Shown: piece by piece, positions 19,024 through 27,562 of the stretch
How positions within the stretch are numbered: the stretch's first letter is position 1
Layout: the number at the start of each line of letters is the position of its first letter
DNA from: Polyangiaceae bacterium
Lineage (GTDB): Bacteria > Myxococcota_A > Polyangia > Polyangiales > Polyangiaceae
Direction of reading: 5' to 3'
DNA length: 64,000 nucleotides
Assembly (NCBI GenBank): GCA_035063585.1
Contig: JAPSGB010000014.1
Span: forward strand, 1-64,000
Made by a program: the position numbers and the translations under genes
Notes under the pieces: generated by a model
Told to the model about the DNA's origin: nothing
Seen by the model: only the letters and a program-made list of their open reading frames with translations
The model's database searches: none

Positions 19024-20030
19024 CGGTGACGCCGCTCTATCTGCACGGGCTTGGCCACTTTCACCCCGAGAACGTGGTGGATAACCAGTTTCTCGAGGAC
19101 CTCGGCATCGGCACGAGCCATGACTGGATCACCGAGCGCGTCGGGATTCGGACGCGACGCACCGTGCTCCCGCTCGATTACATTCGACAGACGAAGAACC
19201 GCGACCCGCGCGCTGCGCTCGAGGCGGCGCTCTACTCCAACGTCGAGACGGGACGCCGCGCCGCACTGCACGCGCTCGAGCGCGCGGGGCTCGCGCCGAG
19301 CGACATCGGAATGGTGGTGGCGGGCGGCTGCACGCCGGAGATGCAGATCCCGGCCGAGGCTTGCCGCATCGCGCAGGCGCTCGGCATCGAGGCTACCGGC
19401 CTCGACCTCAACTCCGCGTGTTCGAGCTTCGGGGCGGCTCTGCACGTCCTCGCTCAGATGCGCGAACTACCGCGCTTCGTCTTGGTCGTGAACCCGGAGA
19501 ACACGACTCGGGTGATCGACTACTCGGACCGCAGCAGCGCGGTGCTCTGGGGTGACGGCACCAGCGCCGCGGTCGTCTCGAGCGTCGAGCCGTCGCGGGC
19601 TCGCGTCGTGCAGACCACCCTCTCTTCATCACCCGCGGGCGCGGGCCTGGTGACGATCCCGCGCTACGGGCATTTCGCGCAGGATGGCAGCGCGGTGCAG
19701 CGCTTCGCCATCAAGACCACCGGCGGCTGCCTCGACTCCCTCTTGCCGGAGGCGCGCGCGCGGCTCGAAGCGAGCGGTGGGCGCCTCCACTTCGTCGGTC
19801 ACCAAGCGAACCTCCTCATGCTCCAGGCCGTCGCGCGCCGCGCCGGGTTCGCGCCCGACGAGCACTGGTTCAACGTGACCGAATTCGGTAACACCGGCGC
19901 GGCGGGCGCGCCGAGCGTCCTGTCTCAGCACTGGGACGACCTTGGGAGCGGAGATACCGTGCTGCTCGTGGTCGTCGGCTCCGGGCTCTCGTGGTCTAGC
20001 CTGCGCGTCGACGTGGAAGACATCACATGA
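19020..20030 (+). CDS. fabH: 3-oxoacyl-ACP synthase III
   Basis: SACSSF, WGDG, HQAN, GNTG (Cys-His-Asn triad). Confidence 0.85.
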   Translation: MTVTPLYLHGLGHFHPENVVDNQFLEDLGIGTSHDWITERVGIRTRRTVLPLDYIRQTKNRDPRAALEAALYSNVETGRRAALHALERAGLAPSDIGMVVAGGCTPEMQIPAEACRIAQALGIEATGLDLNSACSSFGAALHVLAQMRELPRFVLVVNPENTTRVIDYSDRSSAVLWGDGTSAAVVSSVEPSRARVVQTTLSSSPAGAGLVTIPRYGHFAQDGSAVQRFAIKTTGGCLDSLLPEARARLEASGGRLHFVGHQANLLMLQAVARRAGFAPDEHWFNVTEFGNTGAAGAPSVLSQHWDDLGSGDTVLLVVVGSGLSWSSLRVDVEDIT

Positions 20031-20626
20031 TTAGCTACGCCGAATTCGTGGAGCGCTCGAGCTTCAGCTTCGAGGAGCTGCTCGCCATCTCGCAGGGCAA
20101 CTTGGTGAGCGATCCTCCCGCCGAGTTCATCCGGCTCCCAGCGCCCCCGATGTTGATGGTCGACCGCGTGGTCGAGCTCACGCGCTCGGGCCCGCGCGGG
20201 CGCATCGTCGGCGAGCAGGACATCCACCTCGACGACTGGTTCTTCCACTGTCACTTCCGCGGGGATCCGGTGCAGCCCGGGTGTCTGGGCGTGGACGCGA
20301 TCTGGCAACTGGTCGGGCTCTACATCGCGGCCAACGGCGCACCCGGCTCAGGCCGCGCACTCGGCTGCAAAGAGGTGGAGTTTGCCGGTCAGATCCGCCC
20401 GTACAATCGGATCGTCCGCTACGAGGTCGACATTCGGCGCTTCTCCCAGCTCAAGGAGTCAGGCTCGGCGGTCGCCATTGGCAGCGCCAAGGTGCTCGTA
20501 GACGGCGAGCTCATCTACACCGTCAAGGACGCGAAGGTCGGGATGTTCCTCGGGATCGCCTACCCCGACTACCCGGCCCGCTCGGGAAATAGCGTCGGCG
20601 GGATCATGGATCGGAGCGAATCATGA
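20027..20626 (+). CDS. fabA: 3-hydroxyacyl-ACP dehydratase/isomerase
   Basis: LPAPPMLMVDR, WFFHCHFRGDPVQPGCLGVDA, GRALG (His/Asp dyad). Confidence 0.88.
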   Translation: MISYAEFVERSSFSFEELLAISQGNLVSDPPAEFIRLPAPPMLMVDRVVELTRSGPRGRIVGEQDIHLDDWFFHCHFRGDPVQPGCLGVDAIWQLVGLYIAANGAPGSGRALGCKEVEFAGQIRPYNRIVRYEVDIRRFSQLKESGSAVAIGSAKVLVDGELIYTVKDAKVGMFLGIAYPDYPARSGNSVGGIMDRSES

Positions 20627-21081
20627 GCCTCTCTGCCGAGGAGGTGCTCGAGCTCATCCCGCAGCAGCGGCCATTTCGCTTCATCGATCGGCTGGTCGAG
20701 TTGTCCGAGCACGGTGCGGTAGGCGAGTACCGGTTTCGCCCGGACGAGAGCTTCTACGCCGGGCATTTTCCGGGCGATCCGGTCACTCCCGGCGTGATCC
20801 TCATCGAGGCCATGTGCCAGACCGGGCTGGTCGCGCTCGGTATTTACCTGCTCGGCCTGGAGGTCTCGAAGGAGGAGGTCGCGAAGACCATCACCCTCTT
20901 CACGGACTGTCAGGTGGACTTCGAGCGCATCGTGCGTCCGGGTGACGCGGTGCGGGTGGAGGCAGAGAGAGTGTTCTGGCGGCGCCGTAAGTTGAAGTCG
21001 AACGTCACCTTGTTCCTCGCGAGCGGCGAGCCGGTCGCGAAGGGCACGGTCTCCGGGATGGGGGTGGCTCGTGGCGCCTGA
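20623..21081 (+). CDS. fabZ: 3-hydroxyacyl-ACP dehydratase, FabZ family
   Basis: PQQRPFRFID, GHFPGDPVTPGVILIEA (His/Glu dyad). Confidence 0.8.
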   Translation: MSLSAEEVLELIPQQRPFRFIDRLVELSEHGAVGEYRFRPDESFYAGHFPGDPVTPGVILIEAMCQTGLVALGIYLLGLEVSKEEVAKTITLFTDCQVDFERIVRPGDAVRVEAERVFWRRRKLKSNVTLFLASGEPVAKGTVSGMGVARGA

Positions 21082-22351
21082 ACGGCGAGTGGTCGTGACC
21101 GGGCTCGGCGTGCTCGCGCCGAACGGCCATGGGCTCGAGGCCTTCGAACGGGCGCTCCGGGCTGGCGAGAGCGGTATCCGCTTTCAGCCGGAGCTGGCGG
21201 CGCTGAACTTCGGTTGCCAGGTGGGGGGTATCCCGCAGGGGGTCGAGGAGATCCAGCGCGGGTACCTCAGCGAAGACGAGCTCTACGCGATGAACCCGAA
21301 CATGATCTACGCGGCCATCGCGGCCATCGACGCGTGGAACGACGCGGGGCTGGCTCGCGTCTCTCCGGAGGACGAGCCCGACTGGGGCACCGGCGCGGTG
21401 CTCGGCACCGGGATCGGCGGGATCGACACCATCGCCGAGAAGCTCGCCCCCAAGACCGAAGCCGGAAAAGTCGGGCGGCTCGGCAGCGCGATGGTCGAGC
21501 AGATCATGTCGAGCGGCAACAGCGCGCGGGTGGCCGGCTTGCTCGGGCTCGGCAACCAAGTGACCACGAACTCGAGCGCCTGCAACACCGGCACCGAGGC
21601 GATCGTGCAGGCGTTCGCGAGGATCCGCGCCGGCCAGGCCGAGCGGATGCTCGCGGGCGGCTCCGAGGGCCACTCGAAATACATCTGGGCCGGGTTCGAC
21701 GCGATGAAGGTGCTGAATCGCACCAAGAACGACGCGCCCGCAGAGGCCTCCCGCCCGCTCTCGGCGTCCGCCGCGGGTTTCATCCCGGGTTCGGGCGCCG
21801 GCGTGCTCATGCTCGAGAGCCTGGAGAGCGCGCTCGGGCGAGGCGCCCGAATCTGGGCGGAGGTGCTGGGCGGCGCGGTCAACTGCGGTGGCCACCGGCA
21901 GGGGGGCAGCATGACCGCGCCGAACCCGGTCGGAGTGCAGCGCTGCATCCGCGGAGCGATCGCCACGGCGGGCATCGACGCCTCCGACATCGATCTCATC
22001 AACGGGCACCTCACCGCGACCTTCGCCGATCCGCATGAGGTCGAGAATTGGCGCGCGGCGCTCGGGGTCGAGCCCGAGAGGCTCCCGCTCATTCAGTCCA
22101 CCAAGAGCCTCATCGGGCACGCGCTCGGCGCTGCTGGAGGCATCGAGTGCGTGGCGAGCGTGCTCGAGCTCGCCAAGGGCTTCGTCCACGGCTCGCTGAA
22201 CTCAGAGGACCTGCACCCCGCCCTAACCGCGTATGCCGGACGGATCGTGCACGAAACCCGCGACGATCCGGGCCTATCCGTGGTAGCGAAGGCGAGCTTC
22301 GGGTTCGGTGACGTGAACGGCTGCGTCATCTTCAGGAAGTATCGAGGCTGA
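21071..22351 (+). CDS. Beta-ketoacyl-ACP synthase (FabF/FabB family)
   Basis: RVVVTGLG, SSACNTG, NGHLTAT, KSLIGH, SFGFG. Confidence 0.88.
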   Translation: MAPERRVVVTGLGVLAPNGHGLEAFERALRAGESGIRFQPELAALNFGCQVGGIPQGVEEIQRGYLSEDELYAMNPNMIYAAIAAIDAWNDAGLARVSPEDEPDWGTGAVLGTGIGGIDTIAEKLAPKTEAGKVGRLGSAMVEQIMSSGNSARVAGLLGLGNQVTTNSSACNTGTEAIVQAFARIRAGQAERMLAGGSEGHSKYIWAGFDAMKVLNRTKNDAPAEASRPLSASAAGFIPGSGAGVLMLESLESALGRGARIWAEVLGGAVNCGGHRQGGSMTAPNPVGVQRCIRGAIATAGIDASDIDLINGHLTATFADPHEVENWRAALGVEPERLPLIQSTKSLIGHALGAAGGIECVASVLELAKGFVHGSLNSEDLHPALTAYAGRIVHETRDDPGLSVVAKASFGFGDVNGCVIFRKYRG

Positions 22352-22361
22352 GGAGAGAGCG

Positions 22362-22616
22362 ATGAGCATGAGCGAAGACGAGGTTTTTCAGAAGGTCGTT
22401 GGCATCATCAAGCCGTTCGCCAAGGCGCCCGAGGCGCTCGCGAGCGCGGGGATGGACACCTCGATCCTCAAGGACTTGAAGGTGAACTCCGCGCGGCTGG
22501 TCGATGTCGTGCTCGAGATCGAGGACGCCTTCGGTATCGAGGTGAAGGATGAGGACGCGGACAAGGTGAAGACCATCGGAGATGCCGTCCGCCTGATCCT
22601 CACGAACGCCGGGTGA
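22362..22616 (+). CDS. Acyl carrier protein
   Basis: Acidic 84-aa protein, DLKVNSARLVDVVLEIEDAFGIE. RBS GGAG upstream. Confidence 0.85.
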   Translation: MSMSEDEVFQKVVGIIKPFAKAPEALASAGMDTSILKDLKVNSARLVDVVLEIEDAFGIEVKDEDADKVKTIGDAVRLILTNAG

Positions 22617-23227
22617 GCGAGCGCGCGCTGGTCGGCAGCGACCTCGTCGATCTCACGGATCGAGACAACCTCGCGTCCTTCGCGCGGCCCGGGTACCTCG
22701 AGCGCGTATGCACTCCGCAAGAGCGATGCGCGCTCGCCTCGTCATCGGAGCCGAGCCGGCGCTTCTTCGAGCTTTTCGCCGCCAAGGAGGCGGCGCACAA
22801 GCTCCTCGTGAAGCTGGGCGAGGAGCCCGGGTTCTCGTATCAGAGGATCGAGATCCGCGCTGATCTCGGCAGCGCTCGCTATCGGGGCTACGAGCTCGCG
22901 CTCGAGCTCGATGGATCCCACGACTGGGTTCACGTGGTCGCTGGGGTCGGGGCGGCGCGAGTCCGCCGCGAGGTCGCTGCGCTCGTCGACCTCGTGGGCG
23001 CGAAGGACCCGAGCGAGGCGACGCGTCTCTTGCTCCGGCGGCTCGCCGCGCGCGTGACGGGACTCTCGTTCGATGAGCTCGCGATCGAGCGCCGCCCACT
23101 CGCAGGGAGCTGGGACGGGTTTGCGCCGCCGAGCCTGCTCGCCAGCGGCGAGCCGACCGACATCGACGTCAGCCTGTCTCACGACGGGCGCTTCGTGGCT
23201 GCCGCGCTCGTCGTGCCGCCCGCCTGA
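22613..23227 (+). CDS. 4'-phosphopantetheinyl transferase family protein
   Basis: VGSDLVD, FAAKEAAHK, VSLSHDG. Coupled to the ACP gene. Confidence 0.8.
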   Translation: MSERALVGSDLVDLTDRDNLASFARPGYLERVCTPQERCALASSSEPSRRFFELFAAKEAAHKLLVKLGEEPGFSYQRIEIRADLGSARYRGYELALELDGSHDWVHVVAGVGAARVRREVAALVDLVGAKDPSEATRLLLRRLAARVTGLSFDELAIERRPLAGSWDGFAPPSLLASGEPTDIDVSLSHDGRFVAAALVVPPA

Positions 23228-23234
23228 CCTGGCG

Positions 23235-24092
23235 CTACGCCGTCAAGCGCGCTCGGAGCGCGCGTTCGGCGCGTCCGAGTTCGGCGATCACGTCGAGCGC
23301 TCGGCGGCTCACCGCGATTTGTGAGCGGAGCCGCTCGCGATCGGCGTCGAGGAGCGTCCCGAAATCGATGGGGCTTCCGAACGCGATGATGATGGGCACC
23401 CCGCTGCCGTCGAACGTCGAGCGGCACTCTGCGACGAAATCATTGGTCATCCCATTCACGAAGATCGGGAGCACGAGCGGCCGCGCGGTCAGCACCAGGC
23501 GCCCGAAACCTTGCTCCGGTGGGAGCAGCGCGTAGGGATCCGAGCCTTTGTTGCGGGTACCTTCGGGGTGGATCCCGACGACCGTGCCAGGCTTCTGGAG
23601 CTCTTCGGCGAGAAAATCGAGGCCGCGCCGGGTGATGGCGCGCTTCTCCGTCTCGCGGAACACCGGCGGGTACATGCTCATCGCGCTCGCGAGCGCGTTG
23701 GTGAGCATACCGAGCGGGTGATCGTACCAGAACCCGGATTTTACCGGAAAGAGCGCGCGCTTGCACCAGCTCACGTGTTTCGTGAGATAAGTGAGGATCA
23801 TGTACATGTCGAAGAAGCTGCGGTGATTCGCGGCGAGCACGACTCCGCGCTCGGGCGCCAGGCGCGTCACGTGCTCGAGCCCCTCGAGGTGGATGCGGCG
23901 CTCCGAGACCAGCGTCATCCACCGGCTGGTCACCGCTCGGTTGAAGTGCTGAGTGATGGATTTTACCCGGGGGCGCTCGTTCACGAAGCTGCCGACGCGA
24001 AGAGCCGCGCGCTCGAAGCGCCCGAGCGGTGTGAGATCGGTGTCGGTGACGCGCACGCCCCATTTGGTAGAGAACCTCGCCGCGAGGCGCAA
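23235..24092 (-). CDS. Lysophospholipid/1-acylglycerol-3-phosphate acyltransferase family (start possibly GTG at 24050)
   Basis: NHRSFFD (NHxxxxD) and HPEGTR motifs. Confidence 0.85.
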   Translation of the reverse strand: MRLAARFSTKWGVRVTDTDLTPLGRFERAALRVGSFVNERPRVKSITQHFNRAVTSRWMTLVSERRIHLEGLEHVTRLAPERGVVLAANHRSFFDMYMILTYLTKHVSWCKRALFPVKSGFWYDHPLGMLTNALASAMSMYPPVFRETEKRAITRRGLDFLAEELQKPGTVVGIHPEGTRNKGSDPYALLPPEQGFGRLVLTARPLVLPIFVNGMTNDFVAECRSTFDGSGVPIIIAFGSPIDFGTLLDADRERLRSQIAVSRRALDVIAELGRAERALRARLTA

Positions 24093-24164
24093 CAGGTTTG
24101 ACGCCGCCGGCCTGGGCTCGCCCCGCGGCTCGCGCCGCGCGCGTCGCGGCGCGAGCGGCGAGGG

Positions 24165-26018
24165 TCAAGGGCGCGATTTCATGAGCGTCGTGGGGATGAG
24201 ATCGTCAGCGAGCGCACGGGTGATGAATACCTCGACGGCGGCTAGCTCGCTGTCGGTGAGGTGCAGCGGCCGCACCTCTGGATCCTGGCTGGGGACGTCG
24301 TATCCGAGCGCCTTCCCACCACCGTCGTTGTAGAAGACGAGGACGTCGTGCAGGTTCGCGTAGGCGCCGTTGTGGAAGTACGGCGCCGTCCGCCCGATAT
24401 TTCGGACGGTAGGCGTCTTGAACGCGAAGGCGTTGCTTGGGAGCCGCGAGTAGGTGATGCGACCGCGGTCTGGATCGAGGTGAGCTCCCCCCTTCTGCTC
24501 GGGGACGCCGAGCGCGGCGTAGACCGGCGTGGCGAAATCGAGGGGGCGAGAGCCGCCGAACGTGGGCGGGATGTGGCAGCGCGCGCAGCGCCCCTTACCT
24601 GCGAACAAATCGAAGCCGCGCCGCTCCTCCGTGTCGAGCGCGTCCGCCTCACCCCGCGCGAAGGCGTCGAGCGGGGCGTTTGCCGGAACCATCACGCTAT
24701 CCTGGAAGGCAGCGAGCGCGCTCGCGACCCGCGCGGGAGTGACGACGCCCGACTCGTCCGCGAGCTCTTCATATTCGGTAGCGCGGCTCAGGCGTTCGGA
24801 GAGTAGCCTGGGAGAGAGCGCCATCTCGGCGTGGCTGAACATGACCCCGATGGCTTGCGCGCTGACGGCGCTCAGTCGGCCGTCCCAGAGCATCGCGGCC
24901 TGCACCGGGACGTAGAGGAGCGTCGGCGTGTTCCGGAGCCTCACCTTTGGGTCCAACGAGCGCGCGATGGGGCGGCGCTCGGTGAACCAGTCGCTCGGGA
25001 CATGGCAGGTCGCGCAGGAGCGATCACCCTTTCCCGACAGACGCTGGTCGGTAAACAGGCGCCGCCCGAGCTCCGCGAGCCGCGGGTCGTTCGCGGTCGC
25101 CGCGCGCCGTTCGGCAGGCATCGTGAACGCGCTCACCGGCTCGTCCCAGCCGTTGTCGCGCGTCGGACGCCGCGCGGGGTAGGGGAGCGCCACGCTGACG
25201 CGAGCGTCCCTCGTGACCCCGCGGAGCGCGACGCCAAGCTCGGCGGTGGCGTGTACCAGCGCAGCGCGGCCGTCCGGCAGCGCCGCGTCGCCGGCGTCGA
25301 GGGCGGCGCGGAGCGGGGCGAATGCGCGAGCGAGCCGTGCCCGAGAGGCTTCCGTCGGCGCATGGTCACGGGTGAACGCTGCGCTCCCGCGCTCGATGCC
25401 GCCCAGTAGGCCCCGAGCGTCAGCGAGCGCGGCGTCGTCCTGGGAGGGGACCGTCGCGGTCGCCTCGACGAGGGCGAGCCCGAGCGCATAAGCAGCGTTC
25501 GACAGAGTCGTCGCCACCGTCACCGGAGTGAATCGCGCGCGAGAGAGCTCGGCTTCGACGACCGAGATCGAGCGCTCGAGCTGCGCGGCCTGCTCGGAGG
25601 CCACCTCCCATTCCTTCGCGTCGAGGGCGCCGTCCAGCAGGAGGAGCGCGCCGCCGACCTCACTCGACGAGCGCTCCGGGCCCACGAGTACGACGATCCC
25701 CATCTTCGAATAGGCGCGCGCGATCGGCTCGAGCGACGCGATGGCTTCGCGGAGCGCGAGGTAGCGGGGGCGGAGATCGTCGGATCTTGCGGCGAGGGCT
25801 CGCGAGAACGCCTGCTCGGCCGCCCGGGCGCGAGCCGCCTCGGCGAGGGCCCAGCGCTCGGTGAAAGTGCGCGCCGCCGGTACCGCGGACGAGGCGGACA
25901 GCGGCGCGGAGCTCGAGGCCGCCGCCCCCTCCGCCGGCCGCGCCTTGCAGCCATCGAGCGCGCCGAGCGCTGCGCCGATGGCGCAGGCGGCCGTCAGGGC
26001 TTGAAGATGGCCCGGCAC
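24165..26018 (-). CDS. Diheme cytochrome c peroxidase/MauG-family lipoprotein with a helical N-terminal extension (start uncertain)
   Basis: LGRRLF, SCATCH, RNTPTL, WDGR, CARCH, FKTPTVRN, TAPYFHNG, VFY. Lipobox-like ALDGC. Confidence 0.8.
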   Translation of the reverse strand: MPGHLQALTAACAIGAALGALDGCKARPAEGAAASSSAPLSASSAVPAARTFTERWALAEAARARAAEQAFSRALAARSDDLRPRYLALREAIASLEPIARAYSKMGIVVLVGPERSSSEVGGALLLLDGALDAKEWEVASEQAAQLERSISVVEAELSRARFTPVTVATTLSNAAYALGLALVEATATVPSQDDAALADARGLLGGIERGSAAFTRDHAPTEASRARLARAFAPLRAALDAGDAALPDGRAALVHATAELGVALRGVTRDARVSVALPYPARRPTRDNGWDEPVSAFTMPAERRAATANDPRLAELGRRLFTDQRLSGKGDRSCATCHVPSDWFTERRPIARSLDPKVRLRNTPTLLYVPVQAAMLWDGRLSAVSAQAIGVMFSHAEMALSPRLLSERLSRATEYEELADESGVVTPARVASALAAFQDSVMVPANAPLDAFARGEADALDTEERRGFDLFAGKGRCARCHIPPTFGGSRPLDFATPVYAALGVPEQKGGAHLDPDRGRITYSRLPSNAFAFKTPTVRNIGRTAPYFHNGAYANLHDVLVFYNDGGGKALGYDVPSQDPEVRPLHLTDSELAAVEVFITRALADDLIPTTLMKSRP

Positions 26019-27415
26019 GCCGCGACCTTGTCCGGATCGACCTCGGGGATGGTGATGGCAGGCGGCGTGGCGAACGGCGGGTCGTCGAAATCGAACATCT
26101 CCCACGGAGCCTCGGCGTTCGCGTCGCGATTGGTGAGCGCTGGCAGCACGAAGCGAGACTCGACGAAGCGCACTATCGAGGTGTGATCGTAGGTGCGGTG
26201 GGCGACGAAGTGCTTCTTCGCGTACGGCGAGATGACCATCATGGGGACGCGGATTCCGAGGCGATCGAAGCCGCCGACCGGGTCGTCCGCCGCGAGCTTC
26301 GGCGCGATGTCGTCCGGCGGGCACGCGCTCGGTGGCGGGACGTGGTCGTAGAGCCCGCCGTGCTCGTCGTAGGTGAAGAAGAGCGCAGAGCGGGACCAGT
26401 TCGGGCTCTTGGTGAGCGCATCGATCACGGTGGCCGCAAGCTTCTGACCGATGGGCGCCATGGCCGGCGGGTGCTCGTCGTTCTTGTCGTAGGCGGAAAT
26501 CCCGAGCCCGGGGTCGATGAACGCGAATGACGGCAAGGTGCCGGCCTCGGCGTCGGCGAAGTAGTCCTCGAGCTTCAGGAAGTGCTCCTTGTAGCCGAAG
26601 TACTTGTCGACGAAGACGGCCATTCCCGGGGTGCCGTCCGAGTAGACCTTCCAGTCGATCTTGCGCTCCTCGAGGTAGTCGACCAGGAGCTTGTCGGCGG
26701 ACGGAAAGCTATTCGACGTATACCCGAAGCTGGTCGCGGCGTAGAGGAACATGCGGTTCGGGTAGGTCGGCCCGGGCACCGACGCGTGGTAGTGGTCAGC
26801 GATCGAGAAGGTGCTCGCGAGCCAGTAATAGAACGGGAGATCCGTCTCGTCGTAGTAGCCGAGCGCGCGCTTTCCGCTCAGCATCTCGAGATCTCCGTGG
26901 GCTGGCAGCTCGTGCTCGCCCTCGTTCGAGACGAAGAAGCCGTTCATCTTCCCGTCGTTATATTGCTGGTGAGTCCCTGCCCAGCCATGGTTCGTGTCGA
27001 CGAAGCAGTAGGTGGTGTCATGGAACGGCTTGACCATGACGCCGTTGGGATCCGGGTTGGCGTAGGAGTCCGGCGCGACCTCCACGTCCGGCTGCCCGTA
27101 CTCGGGCAGCTTCTGGAAGTAGTGATCGAAGGAGCGGTTCTCCATCATCATCACCAGGATGTGATCGACCGGGATCTTCGCGCCCATCGGGCGCGACTTG
27201 CCCTGCGTCTCGGCGGGGAGATCGCCGGCGTGATAGTCGCATGACGACCGAGCCGCCTGTGCCTCGTCGTCCGCGGGCGGCGTGACCTTGCGGTTCCACT
27301 CGGAAGGCCCGGGGAGCGGCGCCTCCGGAGCCGAGTCGTCCCCGCTCGAGCATCCGGACGAGAGCAACAGGACGGTGAGGGCGCCGAGGGCTCCCAATCG
27401 CAAACGGCTCGACAT
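25994..27415 (-). CDS. Phosphoesterase (phospholipase C/acid phosphatase AcpA family) lipoprotein
   Basis: MMENRSFDHYF, GPTYPNR, DEHPP, TYDEHGGLYDHV, GIRVP, YDHTS. Lipobox LSSGC. Confidence 0.87.
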   Translation of the reverse strand: MSSRLRLGALGALTVLLLSSGCSSGDDSAPEAPLPGPSEWNRKVTPPADDEAQAARSSCDYHAGDLPAETQGKSRPMGAKIPVDHILVMMMENRSFDHYFQKLPEYGQPDVEVAPDSYANPDPNGVMVKPFHDTTYCFVDTNHGWAGTHQQYNDGKMNGFFVSNEGEHELPAHGDLEMLSGKRALGYYDETDLPFYYWLASTFSIADHYHASVPGPTYPNRMFLYAATSFGYTSNSFPSADKLLVDYLEERKIDWKVYSDGTPGMAVFVDKYFGYKEHFLKLEDYFADAEAGTLPSFAFIDPGLGISAYDKNDEHPPAMAPIGQKLAATVIDALTKSPNWSRSALFFTYDEHGGLYDHVPPPSACPPDDIAPKLAADDPVGGFDRLGIRVPMMVISPYAKKHFVAHRTYDHTSIVRFVESRFVLPALTNRDANAEAPWEMFDFDDPPFATPPAITIPEVDPDKVAACRAIFKP

Positions 27416-27562
27416 ATCCCGAGTATCACCGACCCCCGCGCCGCGCGCAAAGCGCAAGCGACCCGTCTCGGCGCCGAGTCTTCGCGAGGTGACCGCGGGC
27501 TCGCCGACCATCCGCGCAAATATGGCGGGTGGCGTCGTCGGGCTGGCGCCCGACGCGGGGCG

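Noticed and set aside
17141..23227. Aryl polyene, ladderane or type II PKS cluster
   Set aside because: There is no KS/CLF pair, radical SAM, cyclase or adenylation gene, and only one elongating KAS.
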